64,000 bases of DNA from an uncultured Chloroflexia bacterium (GTDB lineage Bacteria; Chloroflexota; Limnocylindria; Limnocylindrales; CSP1-4): contig CAWDXT010000027.1 of NCBI GenBank assembly GCA_963806265.1, forward strand, positions 135,214 to 199,213, read 5' to 3'. Each line of letters starts with the position of its first letter. Position 1 is the stretch's first letter. Positions 49,942 through 58,715 of this stretch are shown here, in pieces. The position numbers were made by a program, and so were the translations under genes. A model generated the notes under the pieces. That model searched no databases. It was not told the DNA's origin and was given only the letters and a program-made list of their open reading frames with translations.

Positions 49942-52119
49942 CTACGCTCGGCCGGCAGCAACCTCGTCGGCCCGGTTTCGGCCGGCCAGTCGAATGAGGT
50001 CCTCGTGGAGCTCGAACCACACCGAGTGGTAGCTGTCCACCCGTGGTGACGCCACGAACCGGCCGTCACCGCCCTGGGCGGCCTCGTTGGCGCGGTCCAG
50101 CCGGGAGCGGTAGATGCGGAGCCGCGCCGGGCCTCCTTCGAGGCCATCGAGCCACGAACCGGCGTCGGCGTGGAGGGCGGCGAGGTCGGCCATGACGCTG
50201 GCGTCGTAGTCGGCGTCGCCGTGGTCGTTGAACACCTGCTCGCCGTCGATCTCGCGCATCTGCCAGGCCGTGACGGTGGCCTTCATGCGCTGGTCCATGG
50301 CGAGGAACGCGTCGAGCGCGGCGGCTGCTCGCTCGGCACCCCAGGCTGCCGCGTCCCCTGCCAGGCGCTCGCCGGCGGCAGACTTGCCGCGATCGGTCAG
50401 CCGGAACGAGCCGGCGGCTGCCTCCGCGAGCCCATCTGACACCAGGTCGTCGAGGAGTCCGGTCGCGGTTGCCTCGTCGCCGCCGATCGCGGCCGCGAGC
50501 GCGTCGGGCGCCGCATAGCCCTTGATCGCGAGCGCGCGAATGGCGGCGTCAAGCGGGTCGCCGTCGATCGCGCCCGGCTCGTCGGGCGCGGCCGTTGTCC
50601 GCGGGCTCACGGCGGCTGGCTCGGTCGCGGAGGCTGGCTGCTCGGTCGCGGAGGCCGCATCGATCTCGATCCCGAGCTCACGGGCCCAGGCCAGCAGCGT
50701 GGCCGCCTCGGGCACCACCTCGACCCGGCCCCCGACCGCGCCCTCGAACACGTCGCCGGTTGCGCCATCGATCGTGATCGTCTCGCCCGCGGCGAGACGC
50801 CGCCCGTCGATCTCGATGTGATCTCCCGACACCACCAGGTGAGAGGCTCCCACCACCGCGGGGATCCCCCAGCCGCGTGCAACCACCGCCGCGTGGCTGG
50901 CGAGGCCGCCGCTCGCGGTGAGGATCCCGGCCGCTCGCGCCATGCCGTGCACGTCGTCGGGCGAGGTCTCGGCCCGGACGAGGACCACGGCTCGGCCGGC
51001 GTCGGCGGCCTCGATCGCGCCATCGGGCGTGGTGACGATCTCGCCCGTGGCCACGCCGGGCGATGCCGGCAGGCCCCTGGCCAGCGGCACCGCATCATCG
51101 CGGCCGATCATCGTGGTCGGCGGATCGGCGAGGATGGCGGCGACACGCCGCACCGCCTCGTCGCGCGTCACCGGGAGCTCGTCATCCTCGGCCATGTCGC
51201 GCGCGATCCGGAGCGCAGCCTGGGGGCTGCGCTTGCCGACCCGGCACTGGAGCATCCACAGGCGCCCGTGCTCGACCGTGAACTCGATGTCGCACAGGTC
51301 CGCGTTGTGCCGCTCGAGCCGCGCCGCGTGCGCCCGCAGCTGCGCTGCCACGTCGGGCATCCGCTCGTCGAGGACCGCGAGCGGCTCGGTCTGATGGGCT
51401 CCCGCCACGACGTCCTCGCCCTGCGCATTGAACATGAAGTCGCCGTACGGCTCCGGGGCACCGGTAGCCGGGTTGCGCGTGAACAGGACCCCGGTGCCCG
51501 AGTCCACGCTGCGGTTCCCGAACACCATGGCCTGGACGGTGACCGCCGTGCCCAGCTCGTCCGGGATCCCCTCCCGCTGGCGGTAGGTGCGTGCCCGGGG
51601 GCTGTTCCAGGACCGGAACACGGCCTCGATCGCGCCCCGCAGCTGGACCCACGGGTCGGCCGGCACGTCGGCCACGCCCACGATCTCGCGGTACATGGCC
51701 TCGAACCGCTTGCGGCAGTTGGCGGCGAACTTCGGGCTCGACGCCCGATCGGCCAGACCGTCGGTGGTCGCGTCGTTGAGCCCGAGGTTGAGGATCGTGT
51801 CCATCATCCCCGGCATCGACACCGCGGCCCCGGAGCGCACGCTGACCAGCAGCGGGTCGGACGGGTCACCGAATCGATGGCCCACCACCTGCTCGATGTG
51901 CGTCATGTGCTCGCGCAGCTCCGCATCGAGGCCATCCGGCCAGCCATGCGCGAGGTACTCGTTGCAGGCGTGGGTGGAGATCGTGAACGCCGGCGGCACC
52001 GGCAGCCCGAGCTCGGCGGCCATGACCGACAGGTTCGCTGCCTTGCCTCCCAGCAACGACCTGACCTCCGCGAAGGTCATGTCGTCGAGGCGGTCGTCGC
52101 AGTCGAACACGTAGGTCAC
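49942..52119 (-). CDS. Pyruvate,phosphate dikinase-like protein. It has the ATP-grasp nucleotide domain and the swivel phospho-His domain, but the PEP/pyruvate TIM-barrel is replaced by an unrelated domain of about 200 aa.
   Basis: LLGGKAANLSVMAAELGLPVPPAFTIST...LLVSVRSGAAVSMPGMMDTILNLGLND...GTAVTVQAMVFGN...GTGVLFTRNP...GEDVVAG...IEFTVEHGRLWMLQCRVGKR. The swivel is TASGGLASHAAVVARGWGIPAVVG (His about residue 409). Residues about 520-725 (LAIKGYAAPDALAAAIGGDEATATGLLDDLVSDGLAE...WFELHEDLIRLAG) have no PPDK barrel motifs. Confidence 0.8.
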   Translation of the reverse strand: MTYVFDCDDRLDDMTFAEVRSLLGGKAANLSVMAAELGLPVPPAFTISTHACNEYLAHGWPDGLDAELREHMTHIEQVVGHRFGDPSDPLLVSVRSGAAVSMPGMMDTILNLGLNDATTDGLADRASSPKFAANCRKRFEAMYREIVGVADVPADPWVQLRGAIEAVFRSWNSPRARTYRQREGIPDELGTAVTVQAMVFGNRSVDSGTGVLFTRNPATGAPEPYGDFMFNAQGEDVVAGAHQTEPLAVLDERMPDVAAQLRAHAARLERHNADLCDIEFTVEHGRLWMLQCRVGKRSPQAALRIARDMAEDDELPVTRDEAVRRVAAILADPPTTMIGRDDAVPLARGLPASPGVATGEIVTTPDGAIEAADAGRAVVLVRAETSPDDVHGMARAAGILTASGGLASHAAVVARGWGIPAVVGASHLVVSGDHIEIDGRRLAAGETITIDGATGDVFEGAVGGRVEVVPEAATLLAWARELGIEIDAASATEQPASATEPAAVSPRTTAAPDEPGAIDGDPLDAAIRALAIKGYAAPDALAAAIGGDEATATGLLDDLVSDGLAEAAAGSFRLTDRGKSAAGERLAGDAAAWGAERAAAALDAFLAMDQRMKATVTAWQMREIDGEQVFNDHGDADYDASVMADLAALHADAGSWLDGLEGGPARLRIYRSRLDRANEAAQGGDGRFVASPRVDSYHSVWFELHEDLIRLAGRNRADEVAAGRA

Positions 52120-52183
52120 GGAAGGTCCTCCTCGCTGTGCGCACGACGCCGGTCGCCGACGGCCCCGTGCCCGGACACAGGCG

Positions 52184-53228
52184 TCACGGGTGGACGATGA
52201 TCTTGATCGCGTGCTGCCCCCGGTCGCCGAAGGTCTCGATCGCCGCCGGGTAGTCGGCGAGGTCGAAGGTGTGCGTGATCAGCTCGCGAACGCGCATCCG
52301 GCCCCCGACGATGAGCGGCATCACGTGGCGCATCTCGCCCGCCGACGCACGCGACCCGACCAGCTCGAGCTCGTCGAGCACCAGGCGCTGCAGGCCAAGC
52401 CCGACGTCGGTGGTCGGGATGCCCACCACGCGCGCAGCGGCCACCACGACGCAGCATGTCGAGCCCCCAGCGGATCGTCTCGGGCACCCCGGCGCACTCG
52501 AGGACGACGTCGACGCCCAGGCCACCGGTGCGTTCCCGGATCTCGGCCGCGGGATCGCCGGCCTCCGAGTCCACGATCTCGAAGCCGAGCTCGGCCGCCC
52601 GGGACAGTCGCCAGCCGCGGCCCACGACGATCACGCGCCCGGCCCCGCGAATGCGAGCCGCGTCCGCGGACAGCAGCCCGATCGAGCCGGCGCCGATGAT
52701 CGCGACCGTGTCACCCGGCCGGTTGCCGCCGCGGTTGGCGACGTGGAGCGCGATCGACGCCGGATCGACGAGGGCGCCCTCGTCGAACGAGAGCTCGTCG
52801 GGCAGCGGGAACACCGCCTTCACGCCGTGCACCACGTAGGTCGCGTCGGAGCCCTGGACGTTGTGCCCGTACTGGCGGTGCAGCCCTGGCTTGCCGTAGC
52901 TCTCGCACAGGTTGTAGCGGCCTTCGACGCACATCCGGCACACGCCGCACGCGTCGTGGCTGGTGCCCGCCACCCGGTCGCCGACCTTCCAGCCGTATCG
53001 CTCCGCGCCCGGACCCAGCGCGACCAGCTCACCGGCCCACTCGTGGCCCGGGATGAACGGGAACGACGGCGGCCAGAAGCCCGGATAGTCGCCGTGGATC
53101 AGGTGGACGTCGGTGCCGCAGATCGACACCGCCCGAACCCGGGCCATGACCTGGTCGCGGCCGGGGCTGGGGACCGGGACGTCCTGGATCTCGAGCCGCC
53201 CGGGCCCGGCGACGACCAGCGCCCGCAT
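52184..53228 (-). pseudogene. Zinc-dependent medium-chain alcohol/polyol dehydrogenase with one frame break near 52440.
   Basis: MRALVVAGPGRLEIQDVPVP...ICGTDVHL...GHEWAGELV...CGVCRMCVEGRYNLC...IIGAGSIGLL. It continues as VVGIPTTDVGLGLQRLVLDELELVGSRA...ITHTFDLADYPAAIETF in ORF 52184..52525. Confidence 0.85.
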
Positions 53229-53307
53229 CGTGCCCGGCGTGGGAGTTCCGGGCGTTGGGGTCTTGGGCGTAGGCCCTTCGGACGCGCTGGCTCCGGGCGT
53301 GGTCACG

Positions 53308-55572
53308 TCACGCCACCTCGCCCGTGCGGTCCCGCTCCTGGATGGCTCGCCACACGCGCTCCGGCGTGAGCGGCAGGTCACGGATCACGGCGCCGCACGC
53401 CTCGCGCACCGCGGCGGCCACGGCCGGCGCGGTGCACAGCAGCGCACCCTCGCTCATCCCCTTGGCACCGAACGGCCCCGGCCCGTCGGCGTTCTCGACC
53501 GTCTCGCTGACCATCTCGAGCGGCAGGTCCATCGAGGTCGGGATCCGGTAGTCGATGGCGCCCAGGTTCCGGATCCGTCCGGCATCGTCGTAGATGTAGT
53601 GCTCCATCAGGGTGTGACCGAGGCCCATGATCGCGGCCCCCTCGTCCTGCATCCGGACCTGGAGCGGGTTGATCGAGCGCCCCACGTCGGACACCGTCAC
53701 GTGCTTCACCAGCGTGACGTCGCCGGTGTCCTCGTCGACCCTCGCCTCGATCGCGGTGCAGTTGAACTCGAAGAACGCCGGAGCGCCGCCCAGCGGGTGA
53801 CCGGGCTCCGCCTCCTTGCGCGCCTCGCCGTTGCCGATCAGCTCGCCGCCCAGGCGACCGAGCCCCGGCTTGAGCACCTCGAGCACGGTGAGCTCCCGGT
53901 CCGGCAGGTGAATCACGCCACCCTCGACCGTGATCTGCGATTCGTCGAGCTCGTGGAGCCGCGCCGCCATCGCGCGCAGCTGTGCCTGGATCGAGCGGCA
54001 GGCGCTCAGGACGGCATTGCCCATGAGCACGGTCGAACGGCTGGCCGAGGTCTGCTGGTCGTAGGGCACGACCGCGGTGTCGCCCATGACCACCGTGACC
54101 CAGTCGAGCGGGGCGCCCAGCTCCTGGGCGGCGATCTGGGCCAGCACGGTCCGGGCCCCCTGGCCCATGTCGGAGGTGCCTGCGAACACGACCACGCTGC
54201 CGTCGGCGAGCAGCCGGACGGTCGAGTACGACAGGCCGGTCGTCGGGCCCGACTTGATGCCCACGGCGATCCCCCGCCCGTGGCCTGCCGGCAGGGGCGT
54301 GTCCCAGCCGATCAGCTCGGCTGCCTTCTGAACGCTCTGCTCCCACTCGCCGTCCGCGGGGGTGTCGAACGGGATGAAGGCATCGCCCCTGTGCGCGAGG
54401 TTCATCAGGCGCAGCTCGAGCCGGTCGATGCCCAGGGCGCGGGCACCCTCGTCGAGGTTCGACTCCACGCCCCAGTTCACCTGCGGGTAGCCAAAGCCGC
54501 GGAACGCGGTCGAGGGCGTGGTGTGCGAGAGCACGCTGCGGGCGGCGATCCGGGCGGCGGGCACGTTGTACGGGCCGCAGGCGGGATAGCTGCCCTTGCC
54601 CACCACCCGGTCCGCGATGTCCGCGTAGGCCCCGATCAGGTAGTCGGCCTTGATGTCCTGGAAGGCCAGCGTGCCGTCCGCCTGGAACCCGGTGCGGACG
54701 CGGACCTCGCACGCGGCGCGACGCACGGCCTGGAACGTCTGCTCCAGGGTCAGCACGAGGCGGACGGGTCGACCGGTGCGAAGCGCGGCGAACGCCACCA
54801 GCGGCTCGTACTTCGCGTGCTGCTTGCCGCCGAACCCGCCACCCGGGTCGGGAGCGATCACGCGCACCCGCGACAGCGGCAGGCGGAGCACCTCGGCGAT
54901 CACGCGCTGGAGCCAGTTCGGATGCTGGATCGAGCTCCAGACGCGGATGCCGTCCCCGTCCGGCGCGGCCATGAACGCGTGCGGCTCGATGGCGAACTGG
55001 GTGACCATCGGGAAGGTGTAGCTGTTGTCGATGACGAGGTCGGCCGTCGCCGCATCGACATCGCCCCATCCGACGCGGTGCTCGCGCAGGACGTTGGTCG
55101 CGGCCAGCGGATCGTCGGGACGCAGCGCCGGGTCCTGGACGAGCGGCGCATCCGGCGCGAGCGCGGCCGCGACCGTGAACACCGCCGGCAGCTCCTCGTG
55201 GTCGACCGCGACCAGGCCGGCCGCCTCCTCGGCCGCGTCTCTCGTGTCCGCGACCACGATCGCGACCGGGTCGCCGTGGTACTTGGTCTCGCCCACGGCG
55301 ATCACGGGCCGATCGGTGAACTGGGGACCGAAGCGCGGCACCGGCTGGGGCAGGTCGCCGGCGGTCAGGACCGCCCGGCAGCCGGGCACCCGTAGCGCAG
55401 CGGCGGTGTCGATCGCGTTGATACGAGCCCGGGCGACGTCGAGCGTCACGAGCTTCGCCTCGAGCATGTCCGTGGGGCGGATGTCGGCAACGTACGGCTG
55501 GGCGCCGGTCACCCGGCCGATCCCGCCGACCCGGTTGGGCGAGCTGCCGACGCGACCCTCGAGCACGCTCAT
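53308..55572 (-). CDS. Xanthine dehydrogenase-family molybdopterin-binding large subunit (CoxL/aldehyde-oxidase-like).
   Basis: RVTGAQPYVADI...AVGETKYHGDPVAIVVA...DPGGGFGGKQ...FRGFGYPQ...GTSDMGQGARTVLAQIAA...PFGAKGMSEGAL. There is no CODH-type VAYRCSFR loop. The start ATG 55572 overlaps the small-subunit stop. Confidence 0.9.
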   Translation of the reverse strand: MSVLEGRVGSSPNRVGGIGRVTGAQPYVADIRPTDMLEAKLVTLDVARARINAIDTAAALRVPGCRAVLTAGDLPQPVPRFGPQFTDRPVIAVGETKYHGDPVAIVVADTRDAAEEAAGLVAVDHEELPAVFTVAAALAPDAPLVQDPALRPDDPLAATNVLREHRVGWGDVDAATADLVIDNSYTFPMVTQFAIEPHAFMAAPDGDGIRVWSSIQHPNWLQRVIAEVLRLPLSRVRVIAPDPGGGFGGKQHAKYEPLVAFAALRTGRPVRLVLTLEQTFQAVRRAACEVRVRTGFQADGTLAFQDIKADYLIGAYADIADRVVGKGSYPACGPYNVPAARIAARSVLSHTTPSTAFRGFGYPQVNWGVESNLDEGARALGIDRLELRLMNLAHRGDAFIPFDTPADGEWEQSVQKAAELIGWDTPLPAGHGRGIAVGIKSGPTTGLSYSTVRLLADGSVVVFAGTSDMGQGARTVLAQIAAQELGAPLDWVTVVMGDTAVVPYDQQTSASRSTVLMGNAVLSACRSIQAQLRAMAARLHELDESQITVEGGVIHLPDRELTVLEVLKPGLGRLGGELIGNGEARKEAEPGHPLGGAPAFFEFNCTAIEARVDEDTGDVTLVKHVTVSDVGRSINPLQVRMQDEGAAIMGLGHTLMEHYIYDDAGRIRNLGAIDYRIPTSMDLPLEMVSETVENADGPGPFGAKGMSEGALLCTAPAVAAAVREACGAVIRDLPLTPERVWRAIQERDRTGEVA

Positions 55573-56135
55573 TGGTCCAACCCGTCCGCGCTGCTGCGCG
55601 CGCCGGCACGTGCGCCACCGGCGGTCGCGGCGGCGTCGACGGCCATCGTTCTGGAGGGGTCCACCGAGCCCGCAGCGACGGCCTGCACGGCCTCGGTGAT
55701 CTGCTCGTACCCGGCGCACCGGCACAGGTTGCCGGCCAGCCCTTCCTGGATCTGGTCGACCGTCGGGTCGGAGACGCGGCGCAGCAGGTCGTCCGCGGCC
55801 ATCAGCTGGCCCGGGATGCAGAAGCCGCACTGGGTAGCGCCGTAGTCGAGGAACGCCTGCTGGATCGGGGACAGCTGCCCGTCGGGACGGGCGAGGCCCT
55901 CGACCGTGGTGATCGCCCCACCGTCGGCTTCCACCGCGAGGACCAGGCACGAGTCGACGATGTGGTCGTTGAGCCGGACGGTGCACGCCCCGCACTCGCC
56001 GACCAGGCAGCACTCCTTGGTCCCGGTCAGCGCGAGGTCGTCGCGCAGGACCTCGAGCAGGGTATGGTGCGCGGCCACCTCGAGCGAGCGGACGCGTCCG
56101 TTCACGGTCATCTCGATCGGGATCAGCTCGGTCAT
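55569..56135 (-). CDS. (2Fe-2S)-binding small subunit of the molybdenum hydroxylase.
   Basis: TGTKECCLVGECGACTV...CLVLAVEADG...TQCGFCIPG...LCRCAGY. Confidence 0.9.
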   Translation of the reverse strand: MTELIPIEMTVNGRVRSLEVAAHHTLLEVLRDDLALTGTKECCLVGECGACTVRLNDHIVDSCLVLAVEADGGAITTVEGLARPDGQLSPIQQAFLDYGATQCGFCIPGQLMAADDLLRRVSDPTVDQIQEGLAGNLCRCAGYEQITEAVQAVAAGSVDPSRTMAVDAAATAGGARAGARSSADGLDQ

Positions 56136-57004
56136 CGTGCTCGCTCCTCGGCCGCCAGCCGGCTGGTCGCTGTCGCCAGCGCCCGCCAGCCGAGCACGCG
56201 CAGCATCGCGAGCCGGTAGTCGGGGCCGGCCCGCATCGAACGTGGGGACGGGCTGGCGTCGACGAACATGCGCTCCAGGATCGAGGCGCGGTCGACATCG
56301 GGCGCCGATGGGTCCGCGAGGACGCCCGTCGTGTCGGTGACCAGGAGCGGTCGCGGTCCGACGCTGCCGTAGGCGAGTCGCGTGACCCCGGCCGCATCGA
56401 CGCCACAGGCCAGCGTGACCGACGCCAGGTCGTGCCCACGGCGCCGCGTCCGCCGCTGGTGCGCCGAGCCCATGCGCGGCCAGTCGAGCGGCAGCTCGAT
56501 CGAGGTGACCAGCTCGCCACGCCCGAGCGTGGTCACGCCCGAGCGCACGAACAGCTCGTCGATCGGGATCCTGCGGCGGCCGTCGGGACCCGTCACCACG
56601 ACCTCGGCCCCGTAGACGAGCAGCGAGGGCGCGGTGTCCGCGGCGGGCGACGCGTTGCACAGGTTTCCGGCAAGCGTCGCGCGATTTCGGATCTGGACGG
56701 AGCCGACCACGGCGGCCGCCTCGGCCAGCGCCGTGAACCGGCGCCGGACCCGCACGTCGGCAGCGATGTCGGTCATCACCGTGGTTGCCCCGATCACCAG
56801 CCGCCCGTCAACCTCGCGGATCGCCGGATCGAGCTCGCGTATGCGCTTGACGTCGATCACGACCGACGGGCGGGCCGAGCCGTCCCGAAGCCGGATGATC
56901 AGGTCCGTGCCGCCCGCGATCAGCCGTGCGTCGGTGCCGTGCTCGGCGAGCAGGGCCACGGCGTCCGCCATGGCCCTGGGTCGCTGGTAGCTGAACGCCC
57001 GCAT
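56132..57004 (-). CDS. FAD-binding medium subunit of the molybdenum hydroxylase (CoxM-like).
   Basis: ARLIAGGTDLIIRL...IRNRATLAGNLCNASPAADTAP... Confidence 0.9.
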   Translation of the reverse strand: MRAFSYQRPRAMADAVALLAEHGTDARLIAGGTDLIIRLRDGSARPSVVIDVKRIRELDPAIREVDGRLVIGATTVMTDIAADVRVRRRFTALAEAAAVVGSVQIRNRATLAGNLCNASPAADTAPSLLVYGAEVVVTGPDGRRRIPIDELFVRSGVTTLGRGELVTSIELPLDWPRMGSAHQRRTRRRGHDLASVTLACGVDAAGVTRLAYGSVGPRPLLVTDTTGVLADPSAPDVDRASILERMFVDASPSPRSMRAGPDYRLAMLRVLGWRALATATSRLAAEERAR

Positions 57005-57015
57005 CGCCGCCGCTC

Positions 57016-57909
57016 CTACAGGATCCGATCGACCTCATCCAGGAGAACCTGGGGGGTCGCCGCGCGGATGAAGAAGAACGGCCGCTCGCAGAAGCTGGCC
57101 ACGAAGGCCGCGCGCCGCTGGCGCAGATGATCGTTGTCGAGCATCGGGATCACGTGCCCGGGCGCCAGCAGCTCGTTGGTCAGGAAGTAGTTCTGGAGGC
57201 TGTGCAGGAACTGGAACTGCGCCTCGAACGGGATCAGCTCGTTGGCCGCGGCATCGAAGTTGCCGTCGATGGCGGGCACGATGACCAGGTCGATGTTCGG
57301 CGCCTCGCCCTCGTACATCGCCCAGGTCGGCATCACCGGGCCCCAGAACTTCTCGACGCCCTTGTTGGGTGCGGCCTTGTCGGAGCGCTCGGTGCCCTCG
57401 GTGCGCTTGACGAGGAACGGCTCGACCGAGCCCATCACCGCCCGGCCGTCCTCGCTGACGACCGTGGTCTCCGAGGCAACCTGGAGCCCACCGCGAACGC
57501 CGGCCTCGATGAGGCCCATCGACTTGCCATGGTTGGACTCGCCGCCCAGGAACAGGAAGGTCCTGCCGCGGTACTGGACGGCTGCGCTGTGCGAGGGGTG
57601 GAGGCCCACGTCCTCCATGCGCAGCGCGAGGACCGCCACGATCACCTTCTGGAGGGGGCCCGCGGGCCAGGGCCCGGTGAACGTCACCGTCCGCCCGTCG
57701 TAGCGCACCGCCTTCTCGCCGTCCTGGTGCCACGTGATGTCCGGGGCCGCCAGCGTGATCTCGGGCGAGATCCGAACGTCGGCGAGGCGGTAGTTGAGGA
57801 ACGTCAGGTCGTCGAGCACGTGGTCACGGGGCGCGCCGCCGTAGACGTCCACGCGGAGGCGTGCGGCGCCGGCCGAGAACTCCTCCGTCAGTTGCAGCTG
57901 ATCGTTCAT
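57016..57909 (-). CDS. HPr kinase/phosphorylase C-terminal-domain-like P-loop protein.
   Basis: LHPSHSAAVQYRGRTFLFLGGESNHGKSMGLIEAGVRGGLQVASETTVV lines up with the HprK-type pattern H-A-S-x-V...G-x-S-G-x-GKS...G...L-V-x-D-D. The start ATG 57909 is chosen inside ORF 57016..58167. Confidence 0.6.
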   Translation of the reverse strand: MNDQLQLTEEFSAGAARLRVDVYGGAPRDHVLDDLTFLNYRLADVRISPEITLAAPDITWHQDGEKAVRYDGRTVTFTGPWPAGPLQKVIVAVLALRMEDVGLHPSHSAAVQYRGRTFLFLGGESNHGKSMGLIEAGVRGGLQVASETTVVSEDGRAVMGSVEPFLVKRTEGTERSDKAAPNKGVEKFWGPVMPTWAMYEGEAPNIDLVIVPAIDGNFDAAANELIPFEAQFQFLHSLQNYFLTNELLAPGHVIPMLDNDHLRQRRAAFVASFCERPFFFIRAATPQVLLDEVDRIL

Positions 57910-57952
57910 GCGGTCCTTTCGGGGTCGGGTTGCGGGTCGACGGGCACGCAGA

Positions 57953-58705
57953 TCATGGGGCGGGCGCCGCCTGCCGGTCTCGCCGGTCACCGGCGGCCGG
58001 CCTGCGCGGCGGCGACGGTGGTCGCTGTGGCGCGAGCGGGGCCGTGGCGGCCGAGTCCCAGGCCGCCCGAAGACGGTCTGCCGTGGTGGCGAAGTGCTCG
58101 CGATACGTGCGATCGGCCTCGATCGGATCCCGGCGCCGGAGCGCGTCCAGGATCGGCTGGTGCTCATCGGCCACCGAGCGACGTTCCCCGCCCGGGACCG
58201 CGAGCGTGATGTACGTGCGTGACGACGGCTCGAGCGTGCGCCAAACGCGGTTCAGAGTCTGGTTGCCGGACAGGACGATCACGCGCCCGTGGAACTCGGC
58301 GTCGGCCGCCGCCTCGGCCCGCGCATCGCCGGCGTCGGCGGCTGCTCGCATCGCGGCGATCATCGCCTCGAGCCCGTCGATGTCCTTCTGTGTCAGATGC
58401 GGGATCGCGAGTCGAGCGCCGAGCGACTCGAGCTCGGCACGGATCGCGAACCCCTCGAGCAGCTCGTCCGTCGTGGGACGGCGGACGCGGGCTCCCCGGA
58501 AGGCCGTGGTCTCCACGACCCCCAGCGCCTCGAGGTCACGTAGTGCCTCGCGGACGGGCGCCTGGCTGGTGCCCAGGTCACGGGCGACCCGCGTCTCGAC
58601 GATCCGGTCTCCGGGCGCATAGCGGCCGTCGATGATCGCCTCCAGCAGGTGGTCCTTGACCTGGTCGCTCAGGACGCTGCGTGAGATCGAGGGCTGGGGG
58701 GGCAT
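57953..58705 (-). CDS. GntR-family transcriptional regulator (FadR/FCD subfamily).
   Basis: LSDQVKDHLLEAIIDGRYAPGDRIVETRVARDLGTSQAPVREALRDLEALGVVE (wHTH), followed by an all-helical FCD-like domain (EFHGRVIVLSGNQTL...ADEHQPILDAL). Confidence 0.85.
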   Translation of the reverse strand: MPPQPSISRSVLSDQVKDHLLEAIIDGRYAPGDRIVETRVARDLGTSQAPVREALRDLEALGVVETTAFRGARVRRPTTDELLEGFAIRAELESLGARLAIPHLTQKDIDGLEAMIAAMRAAADAGDARAEAAADAEFHGRVIVLSGNQTLNRVWRTLEPSSRTYITLAVPGGERRSVADEHQPILDALRRRDPIEADRTYREHFATTADRLRAAWDSAATAPLAPQRPPSPPRRPAAGDRRDRQAAPAP

Positions 58706-58715
58706 GATCGGCGCC

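Noticed and set aside
55573-56520. The N-terminal 316 aa of ORF 53308..56520.
   Set aside because: It overlaps the 2Fe-2S and FAD subunit genes in other frames. The Mo-subunit homology starts at MSVLEGRV (ATG 55572).
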